Position numbers and translations under genes: made by a program. Of a stretch of 64,000 nt of DNA, positions 14,046 through 26,364 are shown piece by piece (the stretch's first letter is position 1; the number at the start of each line of letters is the position of its first letter). The DNA is from Balanoglossus misakiensis (taxonomy: Eukaryota; Animalia; Hemichordata): assembly GCA_040954595.2 (NCBI GenBank), contig CM082587.2:1703000-1766999 (forward strand), given 5' to 3'. The notes under the pieces were generated by a model. The model had not been told where the DNA came from. It ran no database searches and saw nothing but the letters and a program-made list of their open reading frames with translations.

Positions 14046-17000
14046 CCTAGGTATTGTGCAATCCTGAGACCCCCCTATAGGGAAACAGTACAGCCATCTT
14101 GAATACAACCACAGTTTGGAACTGAAATCTATCAATGTATGTTAGTTCCCTTGCACAAATTTATGATAGGTTAAATAAAATACACTACAGTAGTATAGTT
14201 TTTACTATTTCATTCATCAATTAATATTATATTACGACTAACATAAGTTGTAGATAGACAGTGTTGTATTAGTCAAAAAACTTTTTACCGCAAGTGATTG
14301 TAGTATGGTATTTCTGACAGGTTTACATCAAGGCTTGAGAGACAGAAGTGCTGTTTGTTCAATTTTCAGACATTTACATCTGAATTTGACAAGGTCACAA
14401 GCTGCTTTCATCAACTTTAGGGGGGAAGTAAAAATGGCTGGTGGACTGAGATTACACCAAGTTATTAGTGGCCTGTTCTCGTCCTCAGCACGAACAAGTC
14501 GGTGAAATATGGTGAGGATCAGCGCCACCAAGTGTCTCATACAGTCATCCGAGGTCTTGAGTTTAAAGGCATCATATAGTCACTTGCCCATTTATGCTTA
14601 AAGCAGTTTTCTGTATTCTCACAAATTTGTGGTGGTAGTCTTGTTTGCACATAGTCCTTAAGTGAAAATCTATCTCTGGCTGATCTTCAGTGTCCATGGC
14701 AACTTTGGCCAATAGTGTATGTGTCTGTCTTCTGTTGACATATTTCCATAATTTGCAATTGATCATGCGAAGTCTGTGTTTCTGTGATGTTACTTGTAAT
14801 ACAGAACTATAATTGTTTCTGCTTTTTTGTCCAACAGACTTGTAATAAGAAATAGATTGGCCCGACCCTTAAAAGAGTCTTTTGAGTATTGCTTTGCAAT
14901 GATTCTCAAAAACGAAACGAATGTGGTAATGTGATGTTGGGGGCGCTGTTTCGTAAGCTACTGTGCTACGTAGACCAACATGTCTGCCTCACGCACCATG
15001 GTGACGTTCTCCACACGAAAAATAAGTTTTTTGAGAATTACGTACCAATTGTTATCGAATTTTCTTGTTCAACCTCTTCAAAAGTCTACCAGTGTTGCAT
15101 CGGCGCCCGCGCAACTTCGACTTTCGAACCGTCACTTTCGTCATTTTGTCGTGGCTCTTTCGTTCCCCCTCTCGTTTTCCTTCTTTACTCCCTCTTTCTT
15201 TTTCCTCTCTCTTTCTCTCCATTGAACTTTTGACGTCGAGCTTGCCCCAGTGGATACATTGTGACTCTCCGATCCGGAAGACCAGCAGACTTGGAATGCG
15301 CGTAGAAAGTAGTAGAAAGAGAGGTCTCTTGTATCATATTCGCAGTAACCACAAACGTCTCGTCGTCCTTGGCAACGGTCTTTTACATGTAATTATTCAC
15401 GATGGCGTGGAAATTAAACGGAAGTGTTCAAGGTTCAAATGATAGATGATATGTATATAGGATTTATATGGTTACCACAGCATGTGTGTTTAGCCAGAAC
15501 CTTTATTGTTGGTGATTTTAATCATCAAGACGAGGTCATTTAGTAATGAGACATTTCAACATTACAAAGTAAGGGAAACAAACTAACTAAAATTGAAACG
15601 CGGAACAAAACACAGATTGAAAGCCACAGAAAAAGCGTTTAATTCCAATATTCAGACGCCAGCATAGGTACCAACAGAACAAAATGTAAATGTCCCCCAA
15701 CTCTTTTCTAAATTATTCAGTGACAAGTTTCATTTCGATTATACACAGCGACTAATTAATCAGGGTTACTAATTATATTACGTGTGAATTGGTCTTCATG
15801 AAAACGTTAACAATAGCAAATTATATATCGCTTCACATACTGAGTTCCCGCCTTTTTATGTTGAACACAGGGATCATGTTACCCGCCATAACAGTCAATA
15901 CTTTTTCCTGACCCCGACCCTCGACCAGAAGGATCATGCTTTCTGATATTTCTTCCTGATAAAATCAACATATGTCATCTTGTGGGTCTGTAAACGCCCT
16001 AGTGTACACTACAATATTTTGTTCATGCAAATATTGACTACTTAAATATTTATTCTGCTCCTTTTCGATTTCACCAATTAATTAATTGCATTGATATAGT
16101 TAATGGACACGAAGGTTAGCAGAGCATGATAGACTTGGGCCAGTTGCTCTTCTCACAGTATTATGTAATCCTCTTGTTCTCCCCCGCGGGCAACCTCTGT
16201 TCGACACATTTAGACCCCAGAATAAAGCCTTGCACGTCAATTGGAGTTGATTCGCATTCTAATTTTCTGTCAACTGACAACACATACCACACTACCGGTA
16301 CGTGGAATATCGCTTGACAACAATACAGTGTTCAACAGTGTTCACTTGTTGTACATGACATTCTCCGTTCTCTGGCAAATCGACTTCACGATTTCACTCC
16401 AGTTCCCATGAATTATTTTACCGTATAAGAGTAACAAGAAGAAAATCAAATATCATGTGTGTAGCAATCCATCTCTGTAGAGAAAATACGTCCCTTGGAC
16501 GTACTAATTAAAAGACCATTTACCTCTTAGTATTAGTTTCCGGAGCTTATTAAACAATGATGAGCAAACTCATTAAGAAAGTAAATATTAATACATTCAT
16601 AATTACCCCTTTTTAATATCTATAACAGCAAAGAGGAATTTAGGTTGTAGTATATAGCACAGTTTAATACACTGACCGTGTTAATATTTTTTTTTCCGAG
16701 AAGCAGTCTGAAAATGATTTGCGAGAAGGGAAGCTAAGTTTTATCGCCAAGAAAGTGGTTCAGATGACGTCAAATCGAACTCGAGTCCGGATTTTACAGT
16801 CAAAATCGATTGGTTTAATACAATACAATACATAAAGGTATTTGCTTTGTCGATACTACGGGCAGATCTCAACAACCTCACGATTCAATTACTACAATTT
16901 CCGACTTCACTTATTTATGAGGATCTCCTGCAGGTATATAAACCGTCCATCAATCAGAGTTAATCAGGGGGTTGGATTATGTGTATTCTGCTTGTGGGCA

Positions 17001-20000
17001 AACATAGCAATGACATTATCATGAACTTTTGTGACCTTTCTGCAGATTGCCCAATATGATGGTCAACTTATTTTTTGGTCACTGCGACCATAATGACTGG
17101 GTGCCCCCCCCCTCCCCTCACCATAGTGTCAAAACATGCACATTCTTAAATCTCGGGTTATATCTCTCCCCTATATACAAGTGCAGGTACATAAGTGTGT
17201 CGACCTAGTTTTGTTGACCTCCAGTACCTTGCGAACGACTTATTTGTATAAAATGTGTAGAAATCTTGTCTGGAAAACAGAACAAAATGCGTTACAAGTG
17301 AAGTTGAAATGAATGTCCGAGGAATGATATGACTGCATTTTGTAATTAACGAAATTGTTTTGCCGAGTGCACTGAAACAGAAATTGTTTATATTTTTGCA
17401 ATGAGAAAAAATGTTTTGCTTGAGCAAATCGGAATTGGCACCCGCTGCGATATCGCCGCGGTGATAAGAGGCTTGAGGACTGGTTCTTTCCTTGATAAGG
17501 AAAGGTCGCATTGAGTGACGGACGATATTCGGAAGCCATTTGACCATCACGGGGTGTTGGTTTGTTTGTCCACGACACCGAGGTAGCTGTGCAGCAGCGC
17601 AGTGTGTGTGATGTCCTCGCTCGTTGGACCCAAACAAATCAGGGTTGGTGTGACGGCGAAAACCCAATAAAAATAAATACCGAAAAATTCATGGTCAACT
17701 TGTAATCTGGAAAGGTCGAAATGATCAGTAATTCACCGACACCCTTGTAGTTTTCGGCGTATACTAACAAACACACACCATTACACTATTGCAAAAGCTT
17801 TCACTGTGTTAAGTCTCTCTCAGACAACTGCCTCAGTTGTCTGGCGTTTCATGGTTTTATATTTTGTCGCTTCGGGACTGGTGACCGTGGTGGCATTAGA
17901 CCTTCAGTAGTTTGCTCACCATAAATATTAATGTTTATTGGAAGTAAGGGAAGGACGAAATCTTTCTTTTTGGAGATAAGAGAGAGGGGGGGACACGGTG
18001 ACTAATATCTTTGTGACGGAGGCGTTGATGGCCTTCACTCATTGTCCCTGCCTTGATTCCAGAAAAAAACATTGCATAACGTGGCCACAGTATCTCTTGT
18101 ACACACCGCACAACCGGTAGTCTGTTTTGAAAGGATAAGTTCTTTTCCTGGAGTTTTTAGCTGGAAACTCCACTAGGCAAAAATCAAAATAATTTAATTG
18201 CATTATTTGGATGATTTCGTATTTTTTTCCTGGTTAGAGCTTCGAAAGCAAAAAAAAGTGGATATCAATCACGGCATGGATTTCTATCTCGCTACAGAGT
18301 CAACGAATTCTTTCAAAAGAAAGTCCCATGATGTAGGCGAACGACAAATAGCCAAGGCATAGGCCTTACTCCAACCCCTAAGAACATCTCAAAGATTGAA
18401 GATCAGCGGAGTGTAGTATCACTGCCTAACAGTGTTCACCAGTTCACCTGTTAATCATCTGTCCTTCACAACCGTTCAAGGATGTTGTCCGCTGTTGCCA
18501 TGTGCTTAAATTTATCTCTTTAAAGTGACTGGGAATTGTTTATCTGTTTATTATTTACACGTGTTTTCGCCGTGACAACAAATTCGAGGGTCGGGCACGA
18601 CCTCTGGTCGTGGCTGGATTTCGTCATACAGATGGTTGCTAATTACTTTCGCCGCGTTGTGTGTAATATTGTGTACATTGAGCCCAGGGCTTTGTCCGTA
18701 ATGGAGAAAGGTTGCCATGGGGACGCCACATGGGGCGTTGGTCATGAATCTAATTATCTGTCTGGCTGTTGAAAACGACGGCCAATGGAAGTGATGACAA
18801 CGATCAAATTAGCGTATGGTAATAAGCGCTAAATCTACATCCAATGAAATCGCAGCTTGTGTAATTGTTTTACCTAATTTGGCAATACGCCAAGCCGTGT
18901 TTCCTGCTTAAAGCCTGACTCCACCCGAGGAACTTTCACTCACAAGCGCCTTGGAGCCCAGTTCACTTCATCCTTCTAGAGAAGACATTTAACAAGGTAG
19001 GTTAAATTAACGTATCCGAATTTTTCAGTTGCTGCCTCAGAAACATTCAGCAAAAATTCGACTAGACATCACCACAAATTTGTGTTTCCGTATACATATA
19101 TCCAAGCACGTGCCATCGAGTGAGTGTTCGCGTTTCCTTGGACAAATATTCTCCCCGTCGACGGATAAAAGTGAAATTAATTGTGGTCTGCTTTGTAAGT
19201 TCTGCAATTCGGACTTGTTCATTCTCCACGGTCGTAAAAGTGTCTTTTTATTGTCGATTATCCCTTCTCGTCTTGGATGTATTCTTGGAAAACGACGGCG
19301 TCTTTGGTGGTTCCTTGAATTTAATCGATTATCGTTAACTTGTCCTCGTGCAAGTTCTCGGGGAATTAATCTCGCAAGAAATCGGAACTTGCTTTCTCAG
19401 CGTAATCCGAATTCTCTCCCTGGTAGTTTTCAAGCTCTCTCAATTTAAATTGAGACCCCGTTTTGCAATTTGTATTCCGAGGGATTGACTATAATAGAAC
19501 AGTCAGTATAATAGGCAAGAACTGTGATTTCTACTGGCAGTCTGGCGGTCGTTGTATTGTTACGTAACCTACTCAATTCTTGTGAAATCGCGTCCTTTGT
19601 CCGGTTGGAATAAATTACCGATTGAATGGCCGCATGAACAGCTAAACCCACGCCCTGTCCAACAAAGGATTTTTCCAGTAATTTCGTTGTTGCGTGTCCG
19701 GTCCGTCGCATTTTCCGATGTGAGCGGACGCTAGTCGCTTGGTAACTAGCGTAACAAAGCACGCTTTTGCGTCATTTCGGCCTGCAGTATTGTACATATT
19801 TGTATTTGTGCCAGGTTACCGTTGTCATGACGGTGGAAGGATCCGTCTTGGGAGAGTTTTCTTTGACTTAGACGCGGCTGTTGGAAAAATTTTCCGCTCA
19901 CCAACCGACTTGGCCGTAATTTCCTAGTTCAAGACATTTTAAATTTTCGCATAAACCATTTGATCATACACCTCAATTTTTTCTCACCAAATTAATAAAA

Positions 20001-20031
20001 TTCTCATTTTGTTTCTTTCAGACCTGTAAAT

Positions 20032-20822
20032 ATGCGTTCCCTCCTCGTCATCGTTCTTTTGGCCTGCATGTTGTCAGTGGCATTCGGTAAGTACTGGTAG
20101 TTTACGTCATCTCAATGCAACTTTACTCAACCTTCCTCGGCCACACGTGCCGCGTTACTTTTGCAAATACCATTTTGACCATTGATGTACTTGTACAATA
20201 ATGCTTAAAAACAGTTATCATTCGTTTCTAACGTTTCTTATTTTCGTTTCACAGCCTCAACAGCCGCGCCTACTACCGCTGCCGCCGCCGGAACAACAGG
20301 TAAGACCGACTTGTTTGTCTTGGGTTGCCATGGGCAACATTTCTGAAGACAGTTCCACTCGTCACGTATAATTAAATCGGATTTATGAAAATTACCCTGG
20401 CGACCCCAACCCTGACCTTTAGTTGTAGCACAGAGTTTCGATTGCCTATACTTTATTGACATTGCTAATGGAGATAGTAATTCACCCCTGTCAATCATTC
20501 TTACATTTCCCTATTCTTTTCCATCTCTGCAGCCGCCGCCGGTACTGGAGGCACAGCCGCAGCAACTGCTGCCGCCACCACAGGTGAGATTTAGTAAGGT
20601 CTCTTGGAGCAGCCAAAATAAATGCCCACCGTATATACCGAGTGTTTCAACAATTATCCACGGAGTTGCGGAATATTGAATTGTTTTATTGTCGTATCTA
20701 TATCTGTTTAACGTTTATTCCCGTTTTTCCCACCAACAGACGAAGCCGACAGTGGTTTCCCAGTTGTGACCGCCAACGTGTTCCTCCTGGTGTCTGCTCT
20801 CTTCATGGCCCTTTTCCACTAA
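20032..20822 (+). CDS. 77-aa secreted Ala/Thr-rich mucin-like peptide, predicted GPI-anchored
   Basis: Four coding exons 20032-20086, 20255-20299, 20533-20583, 20740-20822 joined by phase-1 introns (234 nt in total). Protein: MRSLLVIVLLACMLSVAFASTAAPTTAAAAGTTAAAGTGGTAAATAAATTDEADSGFPVVTANVFLLVSALFMALFH*. Likely 5'UTR exon ending at 18996 with CCAAT boxes at about 18782 and 18841; 3'UTR intron about 20836-21036. Confidence 0.85.
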
Positions 20823-22112
20823 AACGTGACATAAGGTAAATTTGTCATTTTTGTATTGTTTTGCTGTTTTTATCTCGGTCATTAAACCGGTCATCTGGCC
20901 AAGCGTTTAAATACACGTTTCCAACATCCGAAGTCTTTGGGTTTTAGTCCAAAAATAAGTTCAACTTCCCTGCATGTGATGTTAATGCTTTTACCCGTAA
21001 GAGTTGAGTTTTAAGTATGTTTTCCTTTAATTTCAGGTGTCTGAAATCGTGCTGATGTTACCAGATTGCAGTTTTTTATGCCATGTATTTTTGAAAGTCT
21101 CCATGGAAGTTTTTAATGACGGTGCTCATAGATGAAGAACGGATGGATATGCCACGTGACATGACGAAAAATCAAACCGGACGTGACGCCATCTGTTTGG
21201 TGACTCTGCATCCGAAATGCTTTCAGGTTGACAGATAAAAAGACATTTCATTCAAGTTATTCCAGTTTGACAATCGCATCTCATTACACGATTTCCGTTA
21301 TCAGAACTCGTTCGACATGGTATAAATCCCAATACTGCGATTAGTTTCATTTGGCGAAGGTGCAATTTTTAAGTGGGATGTTGCAACCACCCCGCACTTT
21401 AAAAACTTGCTTTTTTTCGCAACGGTTTTTAATATGTTGTAAATTTTAAATTTAAAAACAGACGATTCGTCTTTCCGTTGTGTAATAAATATAATACTTT
21501 TTAATGTACATACGGTATGTCTGTCATTAATAACATTTGCTGATGGTACCTGTCTATAGTACCAGAATGAACGGCCCCTTGGGTCCATTGTGTTAAATTG
21601 GGGTTTTTGGTCAGAAAGATTTGCAATGGGGAAAGATAAGGGAACATCGATATATCGGAGGCGAGGGTAGAATTCATGGATATCACTCTCGGATGTAACC
21701 GCAATAACAATAAACACACCACGAGATGTTTGTTTGCAACTGAGACATTTGCATCTGACATGCCACCACGAGATCTCGTTTGTGACGGCATTTGGCATCC
21801 ATTTTGTGAAGGTTGGACCTCGTGGTCCGACTAGATGGCTCGATAACCTAGGCAGAGAAAGAAGGTTGGAAATATGAAGCTATTGCATCATAGCCGTGGG
21901 TAACTTCATGGTTTTGATCAAGGAGGTTACCGTCCGGACAAAATCAGATGGCATCATTGCGTACCTTGTGGAAAAAAGGTAAAATTGAGCCCCTCGGCAT
22001 CATTAATCTTTACATTGTATTTATGATTGCCAGTTTTTCGTCATAAAACAAACGCCAAAACTTATTAGAACAAATATATTTTTACCGTATCGTGACAACT
22101 ATCGAATACGAC

Positions 22113-22179
22113 ATCTCCGTGGCAACAGATTGATCGTTGTGTGATTCGAAGGCTTCGGGTTCGAATCCCACCGGAGACG
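22113..22179 (+). pseudogene. Degenerate tRNA-Arg-derived copy
   Basis: ATCTCCGTGGC...GGGTTCGAATCCCACCGGAGACG matches both ends of the neighbouring tRNA-Arg genes, but the D arm and anticodon arm are deleted or scrambled. Confidence 0.7.
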
Positions 22180-22520
22180 TGCAGGGAATGCGTTTTGACA
22201 TTAATTTTGTATGGTAACTGCATCGTACGTTTCGAGAACTGTCGCAAGTTACGCGCTCTGATCACGGTTGTTCACATACAGCTGAAAGCGAAAAGTTCAC
22301 TCCAAAACAAAAATATTGCAGGGTCGCTGGAGAGAACTATTGTTCTGAAAATCTATAAAAATCAGACCCTCCATCAGAGAGGGACTGCACTGTGATAAAA
22401 TGTACACCTCTCTATTCTGTTTGCTTTTGAAATTTATCTCACAACTGCATATCCGCCAATTTAAATTATACATTGTACATATTGATAATAATAGTGTTGT
22501 AACTGCACAGACAGGGTGAT

Positions 22521-22608
22521 GTCTTCGTAGCGCAACGGATAGCGCGTCGGACTTCTAGAGGTGATTGGTGATATTCGGAGGCTGTGGGTTCGAATCCCAC
22601 CGGAGACG
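22521..22608 (+). tRNA. tRNA-Arg(UCU) with 15-nt intron (22558-22572)
   Basis: GTCTTCGTAGCGCAACGGATAGCGCGTCGGACT-TCT-A[intron]ATTCGGAGGCTGTGGGTTCGAATCCCACCGGAGACG. A and B boxes present; oligo-T terminator follows. Confidence 0.92.
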
Positions 22609-23676
22609 ATCTTTTTTGGCAATTTTAGACTCTGGGAAGAACATCAAAAGGATAGCATCGAGCACAGGTCTTTTTGGGGCGAACTTTTTTGACCGACGGT
22701 GGCGCTGTTTTGTCAACGACCTTATAAATTATTATAAGCATGACAAGGCAAAGGCGTACGAATTCTACAATTAAATCAAGCAGATCAAAATACACTTGCA
22801 ACCCTGTGTTGGGCCTCCGATCGAAAGCTTCGGTAAGTCGGAAATTTTTGCTTATCATATATTGAATTATTAGCGCACTGGCTTATTGTACAATCAATAT
22901 TGAAATCATTTGACAATAGGGTGAGATTGCAGCTTCGCCAGTAATATAAAATGGAAGACGGGAGTAAAATATAAGAAATCCATATTATGTCAGCTTATGC
23001 ACAACATAGCACCTTTCATGTCTTTAATATTTCAGACATATCGAGAGATATAATCGATTGGGTGACATACTCATCATAATATTGTATACTGTCTGTATTT
23101 CATCTGGTAAGTGAACGTATTTTGGCCTAATTCCGTGGATTTTTTTACAATGAACATTTGAATCGTCACAATGAATACGTGTACACTCTGCCCCCAGGTT
23201 ACCTGGCAACGGTTAACAAGTCGAACTAGAACATGCTAGAAATATTTATTTATGTTGAATGTGTTAGGCCTAGCAATTGGCATATTTTTATTTGTGATTG
23301 TTGCATGGAACCAGACACCTGGCCATTGTGACCTATTTGAAAGGTCGCAGTGTGTGTACATTGTTATACGCCCATCAGGGTGACTATTGGCATGGCAGTT
23401 CACCCGCCGAAGTGGCCTTTCTGTCGGAAAGCTGGTACACATTGTATTATGATGAGTATGTGTTGCAACATGGGTACTTGTTGGTCGTCGTATAGGCGCT
23501 CGTGTAATTGTGGGACGCATAACAGTTATGGCACATATATGAAACACGAAAATGTACAATACGCCTCGCCATGGCATTGTGCCAGAAATTGCGGCACTCG
23601 ACATTAACACATACAACATCTACTGGTATGTTTTTAACAAATTGCAGGTATTAAGAAGGGAACAGCGAATTTTCCA

Positions 23677-25706
23677 ATGGGGACACCAGTTCGACTTTTC
23701 GATGTTTTTATCTGCAACAGTAGCAAAGATGAAAAAAAGGTCGACAAACTTATCGGAGAACTAGAAAGAAAATACGGCATATTGTGTTGCCATAGTCGAG
23801 ATCATTTTATTGGAGGCAAAGCAATCGCTGAAAATATTATAGACTGCATCAGTGGCTCACGCAAGATAGTTTTGGTGTTATCTCGTGCCTTTTCACGCAG
23901 TAAGTGGTGTGAATACGAACTTATTAATGCAATAGGAAAACGAGACTCCACAAATGACGTCATTCCACTCGTCATAGAAGACTGTGACATTCCTCCGCAA
24001 ATCAGTCATATTACCTACATCGACGCAGTGCGTGACACCGAATATCTGGAGAAACTTTCCAAAGTGATTAAATCTGGTAAATATGAAGGAGGCAATTTCT
24101 GCAACTTTCGATTTTTGTTGTACGAACTTTACGTTCACGTTGCCAACGTATTCGGCTAAAGGTAGTACGCGCTTCGGCGGAAGAAAATGATAGTCCGCCA
24201 AATATTAAAATATGTCAGTCATGATAGGATGTCAATTTACAATTATTGATAACACATTTTTACTTTTTATTGTTTTGTTGTGATTACATTTGTACTAGGT
24301 GATTTCGAGAGTTACCATGAAGATATATTACTTCAAAGGAGGACAAGGAAAACCAAACAGGTAACGCTGACTTCAAAAGCCCCGGGAAGTTACATGTTCA
24401 GAAAGTTTTCAAATGCATAACAATTGATGTCGAGTGTAGGCAGCGTCGCTACACATTCACTTCATATGTTCATATACAGAGTTCCCTTTTTGTTATTGAA
24501 ATGTTCGCGTTTGCGTCTATTTTTGTTTATTAATACTTTTTTCCTCAAAGTCATTTTACATTGTAATTGCAGCAATCATTTGGCGATAAAGGTTCAAAGA
24601 AACAAAATAGAATTGCGACAGACACGACTCGATGCGGTGTTTGCCATGATAAATGGAATTTTGCGAAGTCCTACTGCACAAAGTGTGAGAAGTTTTACTG
24701 CGAGCGATGTGGTAGATCACACGATAGTATCGCCAATCGTCATCACGAAGTTATCTCTATCAACGAATACAACAGACGCGTACAACATAGGCCTACATCC
24801 CGACATCCGTGTCATTTACATGATGACCAAGAATTAAATTCCTTTTGTCTGACTTGTGACAAGATAGTCTGTCCAGAGTGTGCGACAATGTATCATTCGG
24901 GTCATAAATTCTCATCTTTGTCGCTGGTTGTTAATGAGCGACAGACAAGGTTACAGAAGATGCTGAATGATATGACGTTAAAACGGGCGAATGTAGAGAC
25001 GATTTGTTCCAACCTGGAGATGTACGGCAAGGATATAACCGAAAAGAGGGTCGAGCTGAAGAAAACAATACACAAGTTTGTTGTCGACGTCAACAAAGAA
25101 TTAAAGAATCAACGGAGATTACTGTTGCAGGAGGTGAACGCACAATATCAAAGACTCGAAAAAGAACGTGATGAAAGACTGCGGGCGTTAAAAGAGAAAC
25201 ACGACAAATTGGATGGTGCAATAAACCACGCATGTGCAATGACCCAGGAAAGTGACGACATTAAATTTCTTGACATGGAGATCAATGGTCGGAGCAAGCT
25301 GCAAAGCGCTCATGGTGTAAGGGTGAATAGGAGGAATAAGTATGGTGGGCCGATGCCATCAACTAAAATAAACTTCAGGGAGAATTTCAAATTGATCACA
25401 TATTTTCGGAAGGACGATTCACTCGGTCGGTTTACTACAGTGCGGGAGCGAATTCCCTCCAAAAGGCCAAAAACCCGTGGAAGTATTTCATCTCCACCAA
25501 ACATTCCACGACCAGATTTGGGATCATTGAGTACATCCTTCAATAATTTAACACTGGTTACCCAGGAAACGACGATTCCAAAGTATCGCGAATCATCACC
25601 ACGTCGGCCCTTTCGATTGTTTAAATCTCCAATCGAAGATACAGAATCACAAACTGCAAATGTGGAAACTAAATCCCGTTTTCCTTCTGTGTATAAAAGA
25701 CATTGA
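23677..25706 (+). CDS. TIR - B-box - B-box - coiled-coil protein (TRIM-like, TIR in place of RING), 531 aa
   Basis: Exons 23677-24076, 24299-24360 and 24573-25706 splice in frame (1596 nt). TIR: FDVFICNS, GGKAIAENIIDCISGSRKIVLVLS, SKWCEYEL. B-box1: CGVC..C..CEKFYCERC..H..H. B-box2: CHLH..FCLTCDKIVCPEC..H..H. Heptad-rich coiled coil follows. Possible TATA at 22723 and 5'UTR donor at 22833. Confidence 0.85.
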
Positions 25707-26163
25707 AACTTATTTTCACGAAAGACCGAAGAAGTCACAAAGCGGTTCAGCTTGCACCAGTCAAAATACATTTATGGGAAAATAGTGGGTGTCGATAAAT
25801 TACCACAAGTTTTATTGGTATGTCTTATCGGTGACTATCCCACCCTTGTATCCCACCCGAACCATATCTGGTACGCCCTCTATAGACATAATTATACTAG
25901 TAGGAGGGCGCAATTTTCGAACTAGCGACAGGACGGGGGTAGTTGTGGAAATATGGATACTGGAGATGATTTGGTTGCTGGAAACTGTAGGCCTAATGCA
26001 CCAAATTAAAAAAACTGAGGTGATTGATAGATGGTGAAAAAGACTTCTAAAAAATAATTGGTTCTGTGTTTTGATCAAAACAAAGTTGTATAAACAGTGT
26101 GACTTTTTGTATGATATTCGGAAATTGAGCGTCCCTAACAAAGCAGTAAAAATAAAATAATAT

Positions 26164-26247
26164 CGTCTCCGGTGGGATTCGAACCCACAGCCTCCGAATG
26201 CCTGATCAACTAGAAGTCCGACGCGCTATCCGTTGCGCCACGAAGAC
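26164..26247 (-). tRNA. tRNA-Arg(UCU) with 11-nt intron
   Basis: Reverse complement reads GTCTTCGTGGCGCAACGGATAGCGCGTCGGACTTCTA[GTTGATCAGGC]ATTCGGAGGCTGTGGGTTCGAATCCCACCGGAGACG, followed by T-runs. Confidence 0.94.
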
Positions 26248-26364
26248 GTTGTACAGGATAAAATTAAAGGCTGAAATCGCCGATATCCCATAATTTCAAT
26301 TTCGCTTAGTTTCTCCACGATCACTTCACTATAACCATTTCGGGAGTCTGCCGCATTACCAATA

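Noticed and set aside
15050-15440. Purine-rich minus-strand stretch giving a Lys/Arg/Glu-rich open frame, and overlapping + strand ORFs
   Set aside because: No convincing start, splice partners or recognisable domain; explained by low-complexity sequence.
17158-17667. 169-aa minus-strand ORF
   Set aside because: Non-ATG start, atypical composition, no domain or splice structure; likely chance.
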